From: Cirrosporium novae-zelandiae
Lineage: Eukaryota
Assembly (NCBI GenBank): GCA_026023565.1
Contig: JAPETS010000033.1
Span: 186,001-250,000 of the forward strand
DNA length: 64,000 nt
Direction: 5' to 3'
Shown here: one piece after another, positions 51,685-64,000 of the stretch
How positions within the stretch are numbered: position 1 is the stretch's first letter
Layout: the number at the start of each line of letters is the position of its first letter
Notes under the pieces: generated by a model
Database searches by the model: none
Seen by the model: the letters and a program-made list of their open reading frames with translations, nothing else
What the model was told of the DNA's origin: nothing
Position numbers and translations under genes: made by a program

Positions 51685-51895
51685 CCCCTAAAGCGTCTTC
51701 CAATGGCTACCACTAGTAGGGATGTTATGTAAGGATTATGGTAGGTCAGATAACTATTTTCAGGCAGAGTTAAATATCAAGTTCTTTGCTGAATTATATT
51801 GAGCCTCAAGATCTTATCATTGGACTTATTGATCCTCCAGTTTTACCCCCTCCCCCCCCCCTATTAGTGGTAGCCATTGGAAGACGCTTTAGGGG
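51685..51895. repeat. 31-bp perfect inverted repeat with ~150-bp spacer (MITE-like)
   Basis: cccctaaagcgtcttccaatggctaccacta at 51685-51715 and its reverse complement at 51865-51895. Confidence 0.9.
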
Positions 51896-53539
51896 GTAAG
51901 GAATAGATATAGAACCTGACAACTCAAGCTGCGACTAATAGTAGTTCAGGCTTGCGTCAAGCGTAAGCATGCTACGTAAGAACTTTTATAACTGCGGCTC
52001 TTTTGCAAAATAAACTTTTAAGTAGTATTTCATATCTTATACCCTAGCTTGCACATTAATTGTCTTCTCACACGTAGCCTACACCCCCAGGACTGCAACT
52101 ACACTCTTACAAGAGTCGTGTTATAGGGTGGCTGCAAGTGTACACTTCTTAGGGCGCCCCAAGCCTGCGGCTTCACCGTTTTCTCCTTGTATAGGTAACC
52201 AGTGTTAGGCGTAATCGAACTGACAGCTCGGTTTAGCTTAACGCCTTGCTTTAACAACGTTGACATTGAGGTCCGTGTGGGGATATACAGGGGCTTTAGA
52301 TAATTCGTGGGGGATATGCACGGACAGTAATGTACTAAGTACACTAACTACATTGAATTGCGACTACACTATTATATAATAAAATTGATCTTATCATCGC
52401 TTTTTAATTAAAATAAATATAAACAAAATTTTCGTTAAATATATTTTTATTATAAGGCACCTAGGTTGTATATCCTAATACTTTGTATCCGTTTAAATAG
52501 CATGTCCTTTTGGTTTATTTAGGTAAGAGTGTTGGTTTGCTGTTACGGTAACTAGGATTATAACACTAGGGTTCTAGCCTTAACGTAGCTTGGGCGCCAC
52601 ACTTTTAGAGAGCTTCAGCCCAACAATCAAGCGTATTACCATCAAACAGTAAGACCCTTCAGTAGGTGCTTTTGGACTTGCCTTCTCACAATTTTGCTAT
52701 ATCTTTGAAATATATACTTTACTAACATTATTGACGTCTCAAAATTTTGTCTATGCTAAGCATACAAGGTTTTAATGGATCCACGTATATGCCAACACTG
52801 TAAAGGGGCTTGGTGGCATAATGCATTTTGAAAGTAGACTGTCGATCTACCAACCACTTTCCAGCTTTTGCAAGTCTAGCATCAGTCGCCGAGCGTCGGA
52901 CACCGAGGGAACGATCATCACATTTTACCTACTACTAGCTCACAAGACTGAGGTTGAATTGAAGATTGTGAAATCATGTGATATAGTATAGTATTTGTGT
53001 CCTTTAGGCTTGGTGTCTCCGGGTATAATAAATTATTACCATTCCCAACTTTAAGAAGTGTATGGAAGTACGCTACGCACTGATTCTCTAAGAGGTATTA
53101 AGTAGCCCGAGTATCTAGCTATCTCACCCGGGATTTAAAACTAATGAAAGAAATTAACTGTTATTTGTGGAAGGGACAAATCAATATGGAAGATTGTTTA
53201 TTTAATTTATGACCGAGCAGTGAATAGTTTATATAAGGGGAATATAAGGGGCGCGCGAACACGCATTCGATGCCTGGTCACCTGATTTTGCTGTGCCTGA
53301 GGCATTGTAACATCATTGCCTAAGGCGAGCCGTTTAGTCCCTCACGAGGTGGCGCAAGTAATGCATATGCAGCTATCTCAAAGTGGAGAAGCTACTCGGC
53401 AAATTATAAGCAGATGGCTAGTTTTAAAATTCATAACAGTTCTAACTTTTATACAAGTTGGGAGAATTATGTTCAGGCCCGTTCTTTTGAGAAATTTATA
53501 ATTCTAATATTGAAAGTCTAAAGAGGGATCGAACTCGTG

Positions 53540-55254
53540 ATGGACGTTGTTGGGTCTGTGGTAACCATCCTGACTCTGGCGCAAACAGTCATTTCGATAT
53601 GCATCAAAGTACGCGCAACATGCAAATCGAATTCTGGCTTTGATACCGTATTTGATTCAGCTATTCTTGGTGCTGAAGTTCAGGTTCAACGGCTCGTCAG
53701 TTGGAGCTCGTCTTTTCGTGCCGAGTCTTGTTCCGACCCTTTGCGCGACCTCCTGGGTCGTGTTCTCCAGACTGTAGAAGTGGAGATCAAAACGATCCAT
53801 GGGTACATAGAGAAGTATATGCCCGGAAGTGATAACCCACTGAGTAGCCTATCTATTGAGGAGCGTTTAGATGTTTCATCCTTGCCAACACAAAAACAGA
53901 CTCAATTTGACGATCTAGGCAATACATCTATCAAGAAAAAAGGACCATCGATAATCAACAGATTTCATTATGTGATTTCTGACAAAGATAGGTAGGTTTA
54001 TTATCTCGAACCGGGTAGAAGTTAAAGGTTTCTCGTGACTGACTAGAATATAAAGGCTACTGTCGCATTCGGCAGCGCTCGAGAAGGCCGTCGATCAACT
54101 TCATGCGCTCCTGCCTGCAAATAGGCAGTTGACGCTTGAGCTCAAGTTCCTTGCAAGCTTGTTAAAAACTGATGATATCGATGAACTCAGTGCTATCGCA
54201 TCCTCTACTGGTAGTCATTCATACCAGAATATCCAGTCAAGCGCATCAATTAAGGCTGCCCGAATCAGAGGAGAAATCCTTCCGCGTTCTACGAACAGGA
54301 TGTCCAAATTATTAGACTGCAATCGGCAGGGTTTTAGTCTCGAGAGACGCTGGGAAGGGAAGGATATCGGAACGTATGAAGGGAGGAAAGTTCTCGTGGA
54401 GTGGAAAACATGCACTGATGAGCTTTCGGTTGAGGAATCCACACATCGAATTGCTGATGTTGCGCGACTACTTCATCAAACAGGTGTTACTAGGCCAAAG
54501 GATCTCATAGCTCTGGATTGTTTGGGCTACATGAAGAAGCCACCATCCATTGGACTTGTATATGCACTACCCCTCACATATTCCGAAAGACTCCCCAAAA
54601 GTCTCTTCAAACTTCTCTTAGACAAGGAGAGTGACCCAAGCACATGGCCGTCATGGGAGCAGAGGCAGAAGCTGGCTTGGGTTTTAGCTCGGGCAGTCTT
54701 CCAGCTCCACGTTGTTGGTTGGCTTCACAAAGGCATTCGACCACAGAATATAATGTTCATTGGTGACGGGAAATCTTTAAAATCGCCTTATCTGATTGGT
54801 TTTGACTATGCAAGGAGAGGAGAATATGGAGAAAAAACCGAATCAACAGATCCGGCTTTCGATTTATATCGACATCCCTTTGCACAAGGCGAAGCTCGAT
54901 CAAAGTAAGCCTTGATTAAACTTTGACACTCAAAACTCATAATTTGACTCCATTTTTAGGTTTCAAGCATCTTTTGATCTCTTCGCTCTTGGGCTTATAC
55001 TCCTAGAGATTGGGATTTGGGGCAGCCTCCAGGATCAACGTCAACCATTGGAGAATGAGTTTAAGGGCTCAAGCCAAGATGCGCAGACTAAATTTCATTG
55101 GCTGCTGATGGAAGGAAAGGGACCGTTAAAGCACTTGCCATTCTATATGGGAAACAAGTATTATGATGCCGTCAAGACTTGTCTTTCCATTGATCCTGCA
55201 GATCTTACTGAAGATGTGTATATAACAGATATCATTGCGAATCTGGAGAGCTGA
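53540..55254 (+). CDS. HeLo-domain plus pseudokinase protein (MLKL-like architecture), 3 exons
   Basis: Hydrophobic N-terminal helix, QRLVSW and RFHYVISDKDR..DQLHALLP (HeLo-type). Kinase-like VLVEWK, WLHKGIRPQNI, LIGFDYAR, LYRHP and DLFALGLILLEIG. Introns ~53991-54055 and 54905-54959. Confidence 0.8.
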
Positions 55255-56236
55255 ACTTCTGTTTTGATACATCCAACTAAGGAACAACAAGTATTGAAAC
55301 ATTCATATTAATGTTATGTAGGGGTTATGTCCCTGTGGTTTCTGTTAAGGATCTCGGAAGATGCCGTGCTAAGACTAGATAGTATAACTAGAATATTTTG
55401 GATAAATTTAATAAAGAACCATACACAAAATCACATCCCTAGGATTATAGGGTCACGTGCTCTTACAAAGAGGGTGCTTCTGGAAAAAGATACTTGCTAG
55501 TGGGCGCGACGTGTCAAGAGGTAGAGAACGCTTGGACGATCTGGGGTTGATGTTGCAATAGAAGTCTAGTGATAGAAGATTATTAATTGATAGTGTAGCA
55601 AAGTCTGGGGATCTCGAGGCTGGGACAATTGAACGATTGATTGACTAATTAATCGAGAAGAAGGGAAAACAGGAAGAACTCATATCCTGTGTGGGGTCTA
55701 AACCCAATTAGGAGCTAGCGCTAGGGCCAGGCTCTACGGGCCGTTATCCGCTCTCGTGATTCTCGCCACCTTAAATCTTAAAAGTTATATAGATATATCC
55801 ATTGACCAATAGCAATAGCAATCAACAAAGGAAACCCACAGAACCTTGGTTCGTCTACCAATCCAAGCTGCTTGAAAAATTCTCTATGCTTCTGCCCCCC
55901 CAGCAACACCTTGACCAGACCGTCTGCGGGCATTTCCGCGATGGGGAGCTAACGGACCCTAACCTTATTTTTTTCGAATCTCTTGGCGTAGCTAATGATG
56001 TTGTACGTCAACGTGCTTTAAGTTTGTGCGTAATTTTGGGTTGTTAGCGATTGGAGTCGGGCTGGTTGGGTTGAGTTGGTCTGTCAGTAGCCTTTGGAAA
56101 GGGATATTATTTCACACACACACAGAGAGCATGAAAAAGAGAGCAATTGTTTTAGATCATATCATATATCATTACTATAGATGGCAATTTGATTAGAATA
56201 TAATCCAACAAAAGAAAGGCCCCGAGCTAACCCCCA

Positions 56237-58128
56237 CTATTTAATCACTCTCTTAACACACCCCCCAATCACCCCCTTCGTCCCCTCAACAGGAACCCAC
56301 TCACCAATTCCCGCCTCCTTCGGTGCCGTCTTAACGCCCCTCCCCCCACCTCCCAAAATCAGATTCCCAGGTCGATATTGCTCCTGGGCCAGCATGCGAC
56401 GGATAGCAGAATTATGAATCCAGGCACTGTCGGGGATATCTCGGACCTCGCCTTTGGGTAAGGGCCAGCGGATAGGTTTCCAGGACCCGTTGGGCTGCAG
56501 GTCCATGCGCCGGAAGGGTAGGTATTCCATTAGGTTCCAGGCCATCACGGAGAGCGGGGAGAGGCTGCAGCCGAAGGCGAGGCTGTCGTGCATGTTAGAT
56601 GTTGTGGTTGCAATGGCTAGGGGGCAGCTGGAGGGGGGCGATGAGGGGTCTGGTGGGGGTGGATGGAGGTAGGGGTGGGGGTTTTGTGTATCGGTGGTGG
56701 TCATTGTGGATAATGAGTCATCAATAAGGCAACCCATTGCTTCTATTTTGGCTTTGTCGAAGCGGAGGCCAGCTTTTTCTGCTTCTGTCACCATCCACAC
56801 GAGGGGGATGTGGCATAGGGCATATTTTTCCCCAGGGGAGAGATGCCATCCTCCGCCAATGTCGCCGTGGCAGCCTGAGAACCAGACTTCCTGGATGTCT
56901 TGCGTGAGTTCGCTCTCTTCTTTTGGGTGTATGGAGGAAGCGTCGTCTCCGGAGAGGTCTTTTGGGGAAGGCTTGAGGAGACGGCTACGGTCGTCGTCGC
57001 TGCGAAGAGATGGTATGAGGTTGTGTTTGATAGGGTAGCGACGGCGGAAGCGACCGTATTTCAAGCTTTGCTCTTGTTCGGCGTCGTTGTCGTCTTCTAG
57101 GGTGGTGGAAGTTGCTTCCCGCTCAAGAACGCTTCTGTGTGGCTCGGCTCCACTGCTTGTGCCATTCCCATTCGCCCCGGTGCCATTCACTCCGTTGTCA
57201 TTTGCTTCTGTCGTGTGGTCTTGATTATGGTGGCCATGACCCTTTGCGTGATGACCCTTTTTTTTAGTTTTATTCTCAGATATCAAGTCTTGTCTGAATT
57301 TAGCTCGGCGCTCGTCGATACTGACAGCGTGTCTAATTACTTCCGCAGAGCTCTTTGCTGTATAAGGAAACTTGCTTCGTTCCATCCAGGCCGACTCAAA
57401 ACGAGGAACGCTGTTGACAGTGTCAAACAACCCAAGAAATTTGATGGGTTCTATAGGCCGACTAAAGGTTTCTCGGAAAGCCGTCATGTATCTGAAGAGC
57501 CTTTTCTTTTCCTTTTTTTCTTCTTTGGTCCCGCCTAGCCGCTGTTGCCACTGGGCAAAGGTTCTCCAGGCAAATTGGCAGAGCTCTTCGTTACCTGCGC
57601 TAAGTAATCCAATGTAATCGAGCATTTCAGCGAGAAAGCGAGCAATATATGCTCCACGGCTAAAGCCAAAAAAGTAGATGTCGTCACCAGTACAATAGAA
57701 CCGCATCAGAAATCGATATCCTGCCATGACATGCTGGTCAAAGGAAGTGCCAATGGCAGAATCCTTTGCTTCTATGAAATAAGATTTCACCTTGGAAAGG
57801 ATGCTGTCATCAGAGAGGCCTGGAGAGGTAACATAGGTGCCAATTCCAGGTTGGTAATAGTGAAATTGGTTATTATCCTCTCTGTCAAGCATGCGATAAA
57901 TCTTCAGAATATTGCTGTCGTCGCCGGTGGCAGTAAGTCTACAAGGAACCATACTCAGTCTCATGGAAGATTAGAAGTGTTGAACACATCATACTTGTTT
58001 CCCGTTCCATCAAAACATAGTACAAAAGTTTTCTTTGAGCTTGTAGCATTCGACATTGCGCTTCCATTTTTCATATCCGAGACCAGAGGGTCCTGTGAAA
58101 AAGACTTATCTGGTTGATAAGAGGGCAT
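56237..58128 (-). CDS. DUF2235 alpha/beta hydrolase (Tle1 phospholipase-like catalytic domain)
   Basis: VLCFDGTGN, YYQPGIGT, FGFSRGAY, FLGLFDTVNS, RHAVSIDERR, EVWFSGCHGDIGGG. Confidence 0.9.
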
Positions 58129-59562
58129 TATGAAAACAAAGAATTTCAATGTAGGGGTAGAAAGAAATGTTTGTGTTTGTATTCAGAAGGGCAAATATAA
58201 GAGAAAAGAAGTAGCAAATTAGTAGTAGAAGGTGTTATCCAATTTGCGTTCTTAGATATTCCTAGGAATACATTTTATAGACCTACTTCCAATTGATCAT
58301 GCCACTTGCACTCTTATCGGTAATTTTTGCAATAATGAAACTTCGGCTGGCCCAACAACCCATACAGCGAGGGCTGCCATCATAGTGATGCTATAGGTGT
58401 AGTGATTCCGAGAGAACGGCCCCACATTCTGGTCAACGAGAATCACATCCCCGCCATGAAGCCACGAAAAGAGCTGATTCTGGAAGGATCAGCATGATGC
58501 TGTCGGTTGAAAATGATATGCTGAAGCACAGAAGTAACGAAAACATGTTTATTGGGGAGCTGAAAGTGGGGTAAAGGTGTGATCTGCGAGACGTCTAGGA
58601 AAACTTTTGAGTGATTCAACATGAAGCGGGAAGAAAAAATAATAAAAACCGGGCAACGATCTGGGGGCTTAAAAAGGCTGACGCTGATTTGATCAGGGCT
58701 TGCTATGGTGACCCATGTCCCAGTGATGGGGTTGTTGTAACCAGCAAAAGTGTATATATCAATTATTTGTGCAGCAGAGGTTCAAATTGAATACAAACCT
58801 ACACCAAAAGTGGGTTAGCTCGGTGGATCAAGGGAGGGCTGCTCGGCCCGAAGTGCTTCATTCACCCGTTCCACTGTGACACAGTACACCAATCTCGCGT
58901 CACACAACATACTGTATATAACCCGACGATCGAGAGCCTTTGATGTGATAGCAATTCTCTTAATATGCAACTTACTTCTCTGCAGATAAGTCATGCAGCT
59001 ATAGCAGCAATAATTGTACGGGCCAAACTTCTGCAGCCACAATGCAAGCACAATTTTACCCCCCATTTATTTCCTTTTCGAGCTTCCCCTCTAATAATCT
59101 TATTGCATTACCAATTGCTATGCTTTCTATTGGAGAATGCTCTTAACCCTTATCTCGTCATATGTTCCACTGCATTGTTCCACCTGGATCCCGATGAACG
59201 TTATATTTACGATAACTGGTTATCCTTGGAGTAAGAAGCATAGCTGGGAAGGTTTCTCCAATTTTCCCAGTAATGTGATCTGTTGATCTCGGTTTAGGAG
59301 GACCATTACATTCCTTTCTTCATCTTTTGGCTAGCTGAGGACCACATTTAATGAGAGGGCAAACGTCATTCATATGCGATAGCCTTTAAAGAAGCGGGGC
59401 TCATGTCGAGTTATCTAAAGCCAGCGGTGGAACGGATGCCATGAACCACAAATATCTTCTTCTCCCTCCTTTGCAATGTTTTCCCAAACACAAGTAGCCT
59501 TGACAGGCATATTCATCGCTTCAAGTATTTACCTTGCACGTTCAGGAACATCAACAGTCATC

Positions 59563-62500
59563 ATGAAACGGGTTGCTTCCTTATTCAAAAAGAATAAGCC
59601 AAGTCAAGAGAGTGATGGCAATGCCACCGCATCAAACGATCACGCCAATGGTAACGCCAATGGTTACGCTAACGGCAATGCTGGGGGGTCAGGTAATAGC
59701 CAGAATCAGTCAAGTGTTAGTCGAGATGAAGTTCAAAGCACTCTATCACAATACGCACAATTGATACATGCTGCGAGGAGACCTCTTCCTACACAATCTG
59801 GAGATGGAACCTATCTCGAAAATGAAGTTCCAAGTGGTCTGATGGAGGATCTGAGGTCTCTGGGATTCAAAGATGTGAACACAGTTATCGGGATCATGAA
59901 GAACAAAGTAGCAGGGGGCTTAACAGATGATAAAACCTACCTGATGGAGCACATAATTCAGGTATGGAATTTTGAAATTATGTCAAATGTTTTTAAGCGG
60001 AAAGCTTATGCAACCATAGCTTGTCGCTGCCCTTCCAACCACGTCCAAGACCAGATCCAATCTCACAAATGCATTCCTAGATGAACTATGGAGCACCCTT
60101 CAACACCCGCCACTATCGTAAGTCTAGTTCTTCCTAGTCACAGCTAAGTACTAACTCTGGGAGATATTTGGGAGACAAATATACATATCGACAAGCCGAT
60201 GGGTCATATAACGTACGATCTCCTTGATTATTTAGGATTTTCTCTACTGAGACTTTTACAGAATATCCTGTTCCCGCAAATAGGAGCTGCCAATACTCCA
60301 TATGCTAGAAGCGTGATTCCTCAGGTGATTCAACCTGGGGCACTTCCTGATCCAGGTCTCGTGTTCGACAGTGTGCTTGCTCGAAGGAAGTTTACCCCGC
60401 ACCCTAATCGAGTATCGAGTGTATTCTTCTACTGGGCATCTATTATTATACATGGTTAGCAAAAAAACCGCCACAGATTGACTGTCACTGACATTGGATG
60501 TCTGCAGATCTCTTCCAGACCGATCATCGAGATATTAGCATGTCACAGACGTCCTCATATCTTGATCTTGCACCTCTATATGGTGACAATCAGGAAGATC
60601 AGAACAATATCAGGACCTTCAAGGATGGAAAACTCAAACCAGACTGCTTTTCCGAACCTCGATTATTAGGATTCCCTCCTGGTTGCGGCGTTCTCTTGAT
60701 CATGATGAACAGGTACGACTTTCCAACTACCCGTGTAATGTTTGCTGATGGATCTAGATTTCATAATTATGTTGTGGAGCAGCTAGCTGCTGTGAATGAG
60801 CATGGCCGTTTTACTAAGCCGAGCGACAACCTCTCTTCCGAAGCCGCAGAGAAGGCTTGGGCCAAATATGACAACGATCTTTTTCAGACTGGCCGGCTGT
60901 GAGTAATTCCAAGGTATAGAAAAGGCTTTGCTAACGGTTAAAGCGTTACCTGCGGGTTATACATAAATATCACTCTTTTGGATTATCTCAGAACCATTGT
61001 TAATCTCAACAGAAGCAACACCACGTGGACTCTGGTTTGTGCACCTCATTGGTTTCTTTCAGGCACCAACTAACCAATTGAAGGATCCTCGAGTCAATAT
61101 AGATAACATATTCGATAAAGATGGCACTCCCCGTGGCATTGGCAATCAGGTCTCTGTCGAGTTTAACCTCGCATATCGGTGGCATTCTGCCACCAGTGAC
61201 CGCGATGACAAATGGACACAGGAGAAGTACAAAGAACTTTTCGGAAAGCCTGCCGATGAAATATCCATGCAGGAGCTCTTGATGGGGCTAGGCAAATGGG
61301 AAAAGGCTCTACCTGTTGATCCCAGTGAGCGATCATTTGCCTATCTTAAAAGACAGGCAGATGGGAAGTTCAACGATGACGATCTTGTGAAAATCATTTC
61401 CGAGAGCATTGAAGATACAGCTGGTATTGTCAATAATATCTTATAGACTTGATTACCAACTAACCTCTCTCAGGCTCTTTCGGCGCCAATAATGTCCCAC
61501 TCGCCCTCCGCAGTCTCGAAATCCTAGGGATGGAGCAAGCCCGCAAATGGAACTGCGCTACACTAAATGAATTCCGAAGGTTTTTCGGCCTAAAAGGTCA
61601 CGATACCTTTGAAGAAATTAACTCCGACCCTGAAGTAGCAAGCAAGCTGCGTCATCTATATGAGCATCCCGAATATGTAGAACTGTATCCCGGGCTTGTT
61701 GCCGAGGAAGCCAAAACACCAATGGTTCCTGGTGTTGGCATTGCACCCACATATACAGTCAGCAGGGCTGTCTTGAGTGATGCCGTCGCTCTCGTTCGAG
61801 GAGACAGGTTCTATACCGTAAGTCGTCTACCTGTTCACCCTAGCAGGCTGGCTGTAGTACTCACGAGATATGCAGATTGACTACAATGCCAAATCTCTAA
61901 CAAACTGGGGCTACACCGAAGTGCTATCTGACTTGTCAATCAATCAAGGTTGCGTGATATACAAGTTGTTTCTTAGGGCATTCCCTAACCACTTCAAGCA
62001 AAACTCGATCTACGCCCACTACCCGATGACGATTCCAAGTGAGAACCGCAAAATAATGGCAACATTAGGCCGTGAGTCGGACTATTCATACGAACCACCG
62101 GCACCAATCCCTCCTCGCATCTTCTTGACGAGTTATACGGCTGCCAAGACGGTATTGGAGAATGGAGATGACTTCAAGGTTCTCTGGGGCGAGGCGATGG
62201 GGTTCTGTATGGGGAAAGGAGGTTTGAATTTTATGTTAAGTGGGGATGGTTCGTTTTACAAGAAGCAGAGGGAGGTGATGGGAAAGGCGCTATATCAGGA
62301 ACAGTGGCATAAACAAGTCAAGGAATTTTACGAGTCTACCACGTTGAAGTTGCTGCAGGAAAATGCATACCAGGTAGGGGATGGGATAAATATGGTTGAC
62401 ATTACCAGAGAGTAAGTTTCCTTGAACTTCTAATCCGCAGTCGTCCTCCACTCCCTGAAATGCACCCCGACTAATTCATTAATTTCATCACTGCAGCATC

Positions 62501-63631
62501 ATCAACATCGCCCACACCCACTTCGCAGCATCGGTATTCTCACTTCCCATGAAAACGGACACAAACCCACACGGAATTTACTCCCCCCATGAGCTCTACC
62601 AGGTCCTCTCCCTAATTTTCGTCTGTGTATTCTTCGACATGGATCCAGCCAAATCCTTCCCGCTGCGCCAAGCCGCGCGCGCCGTGTCGCAGCAACTCGG
62701 GAAGCTCGTTGAGGCCAACGTCAAAGCCGTGGATTGGGTGGGTGGCAAGGTGGCGGAAATGGTGGGGATTTGGGATAATGAGAAGACTCCGCTGAAGGAT
62801 TATGGGAGTCACATGGTGAAGAGACTATTGGAGAGCGGGTTGAGCGCCGAGGAGGTAGCGTGGAGTCAGGTTTTGCCGACAGGGACTGCGATGGTGGCAA
62901 ATCAGGCTCAAGTGGTTAGTTAATTCATATTTCCCATCCCCGCCACCATCCCTATCCTATCCTATACCATCCTATACTATCCACAACCACATCAGCTAAC
63001 ACCCCCTTGACAGTTCACCCAACTCATAGACTACTACCTCTCCCCCGCTGGCCAACAACACCTCCCGCACATCCGCATGCTCGCCCAAGACAACACCCCA
63101 GAATCCGATAATCTCCTCCTGCACTACGCCATGGAAGGAATCCGCCTCAACGGTACATTCGGCAGCTACCGCACCTCCCAAACCACGACCACCATAACCG
63201 ACTACGACGCCTCACCTACCCCCTCCCAAAACACCAACGCCCCCGACCCAATCTCCATAAAACCTTCCGACCGAATCTTCATCTCCTTCGTCAGCACCAA
63301 CCACAACCCGACCTTATTCCCCTCACCCGAAACCGTGCGTCTCGACCGGCCCCTGGACTCCTACATCCATTACGGCATCGGCCCGCACTCATGTCTCGGG
63401 GGCGCGGCGTCGCAGGTCGCGCTGACGGCTATGCTGAGGGTGATTGGCGGATTGAAGAATCTAAGGAGGGCGCCGGGCCCGGCGGGAGAGCTGAAGAAGA
63501 TTATGAGGCCGGGTGGGTTTTATGTTTATATGAGGGAGGACTGGGGTGGGTATTGGCCGTTTCCTACTAGTTTGAAGATTTGTTGGGATGGGGAGGTTAC
63601 GGGGGGTTCGGGGAAGGGGAGGGGGGTTTGA
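59563..63631 (+). CDS. Fatty-acid dioxygenase-cytochrome P450 fusion (Ppo / linoleate diol synthase family)
   Basis: IIIHDLFQT, SSYLDLAPLYG, YRWH, ELYPG, DAVALVRGDRF in the dioxygenase domain. ANQAQ, EGIR and YGIGPHSCLG in the P450 domain. Many short introns. An alternative upstream ATG lies at 59476. Confidence 0.93.
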
Positions 63632-64000
63632 TTTATTTTTTGGGGATATTTATCTTTTTGGTTTTGGGTTTTTTATTTCCTTTTTTGCTGGTTGGCTAGC
63701 TGGTCTGGCTGGCAGTTCAGTTCGTAACTGTTCATCAATAAGTGTAGTAACCAATCAATCAATCGAAATTGGAAGTCCTGGTTATGCCATACTATACCAT
63801 ACCAGTTAAAACAACTCCACTCCACTCTACTCTCACCCATTGTATAATCACTATTACAATACAATACAATACCCTAACGACCTACCTCCATCAAATGACC
63901 TCCTTTCTTAATTATATACCTACCTACCTAAGGTAGTCAGGCTTCTATCTACTCCTGCCTCCTAGAATTGAAATTGAAGATCAATTTTTTTTCCTCACTT

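Noticed and set aside
54044..54055. In-frame TAA suggesting the HeLo-kinase is a pseudogene
   Set aside because: The first AG directly abuts the branch point. The AAG acceptor at 54055 removes the stop and restores the HeLo C-terminal motif. RNA confirmation is still needed.

Overview
Eukaryotic DNA from a filamentous ascomycete fungus, judged from short GT-AG introns with CTRAC branch points, a Zn2Cys6 factor, Pex4, Fta4, a Ppo oxygenase and U2 snRNA. About 20 protein genes could be reconstructed by joining ORFs across introns; exon boundaries are read by eye. Housekeeping and metabolic genes are interleaved with immunity-like genes: a NACHT-ankyrin NLR with near-identical DNA repeats, a HeLo-like-N protein, and a head-to-head pair of an intact-looking kinase-ankyrin fusion and a HeLo-pseudokinase. 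That pair resembles a RIPK/MLKL necroptosis module and is the best candidate for an undescribed system. Other notable items are an intronless Rnl2-type RNA ligase beside U2 snRNA and translin, a structured 364-nt translin intron that may hold an ncRNA, a siderophore transporter with an SreA-type site flanked by an amidase and a flavin-binding protein, and a divergent DUF2235 lipase-like/Ppo pair. No database searches were run; all family calls rest on recognised motifs.
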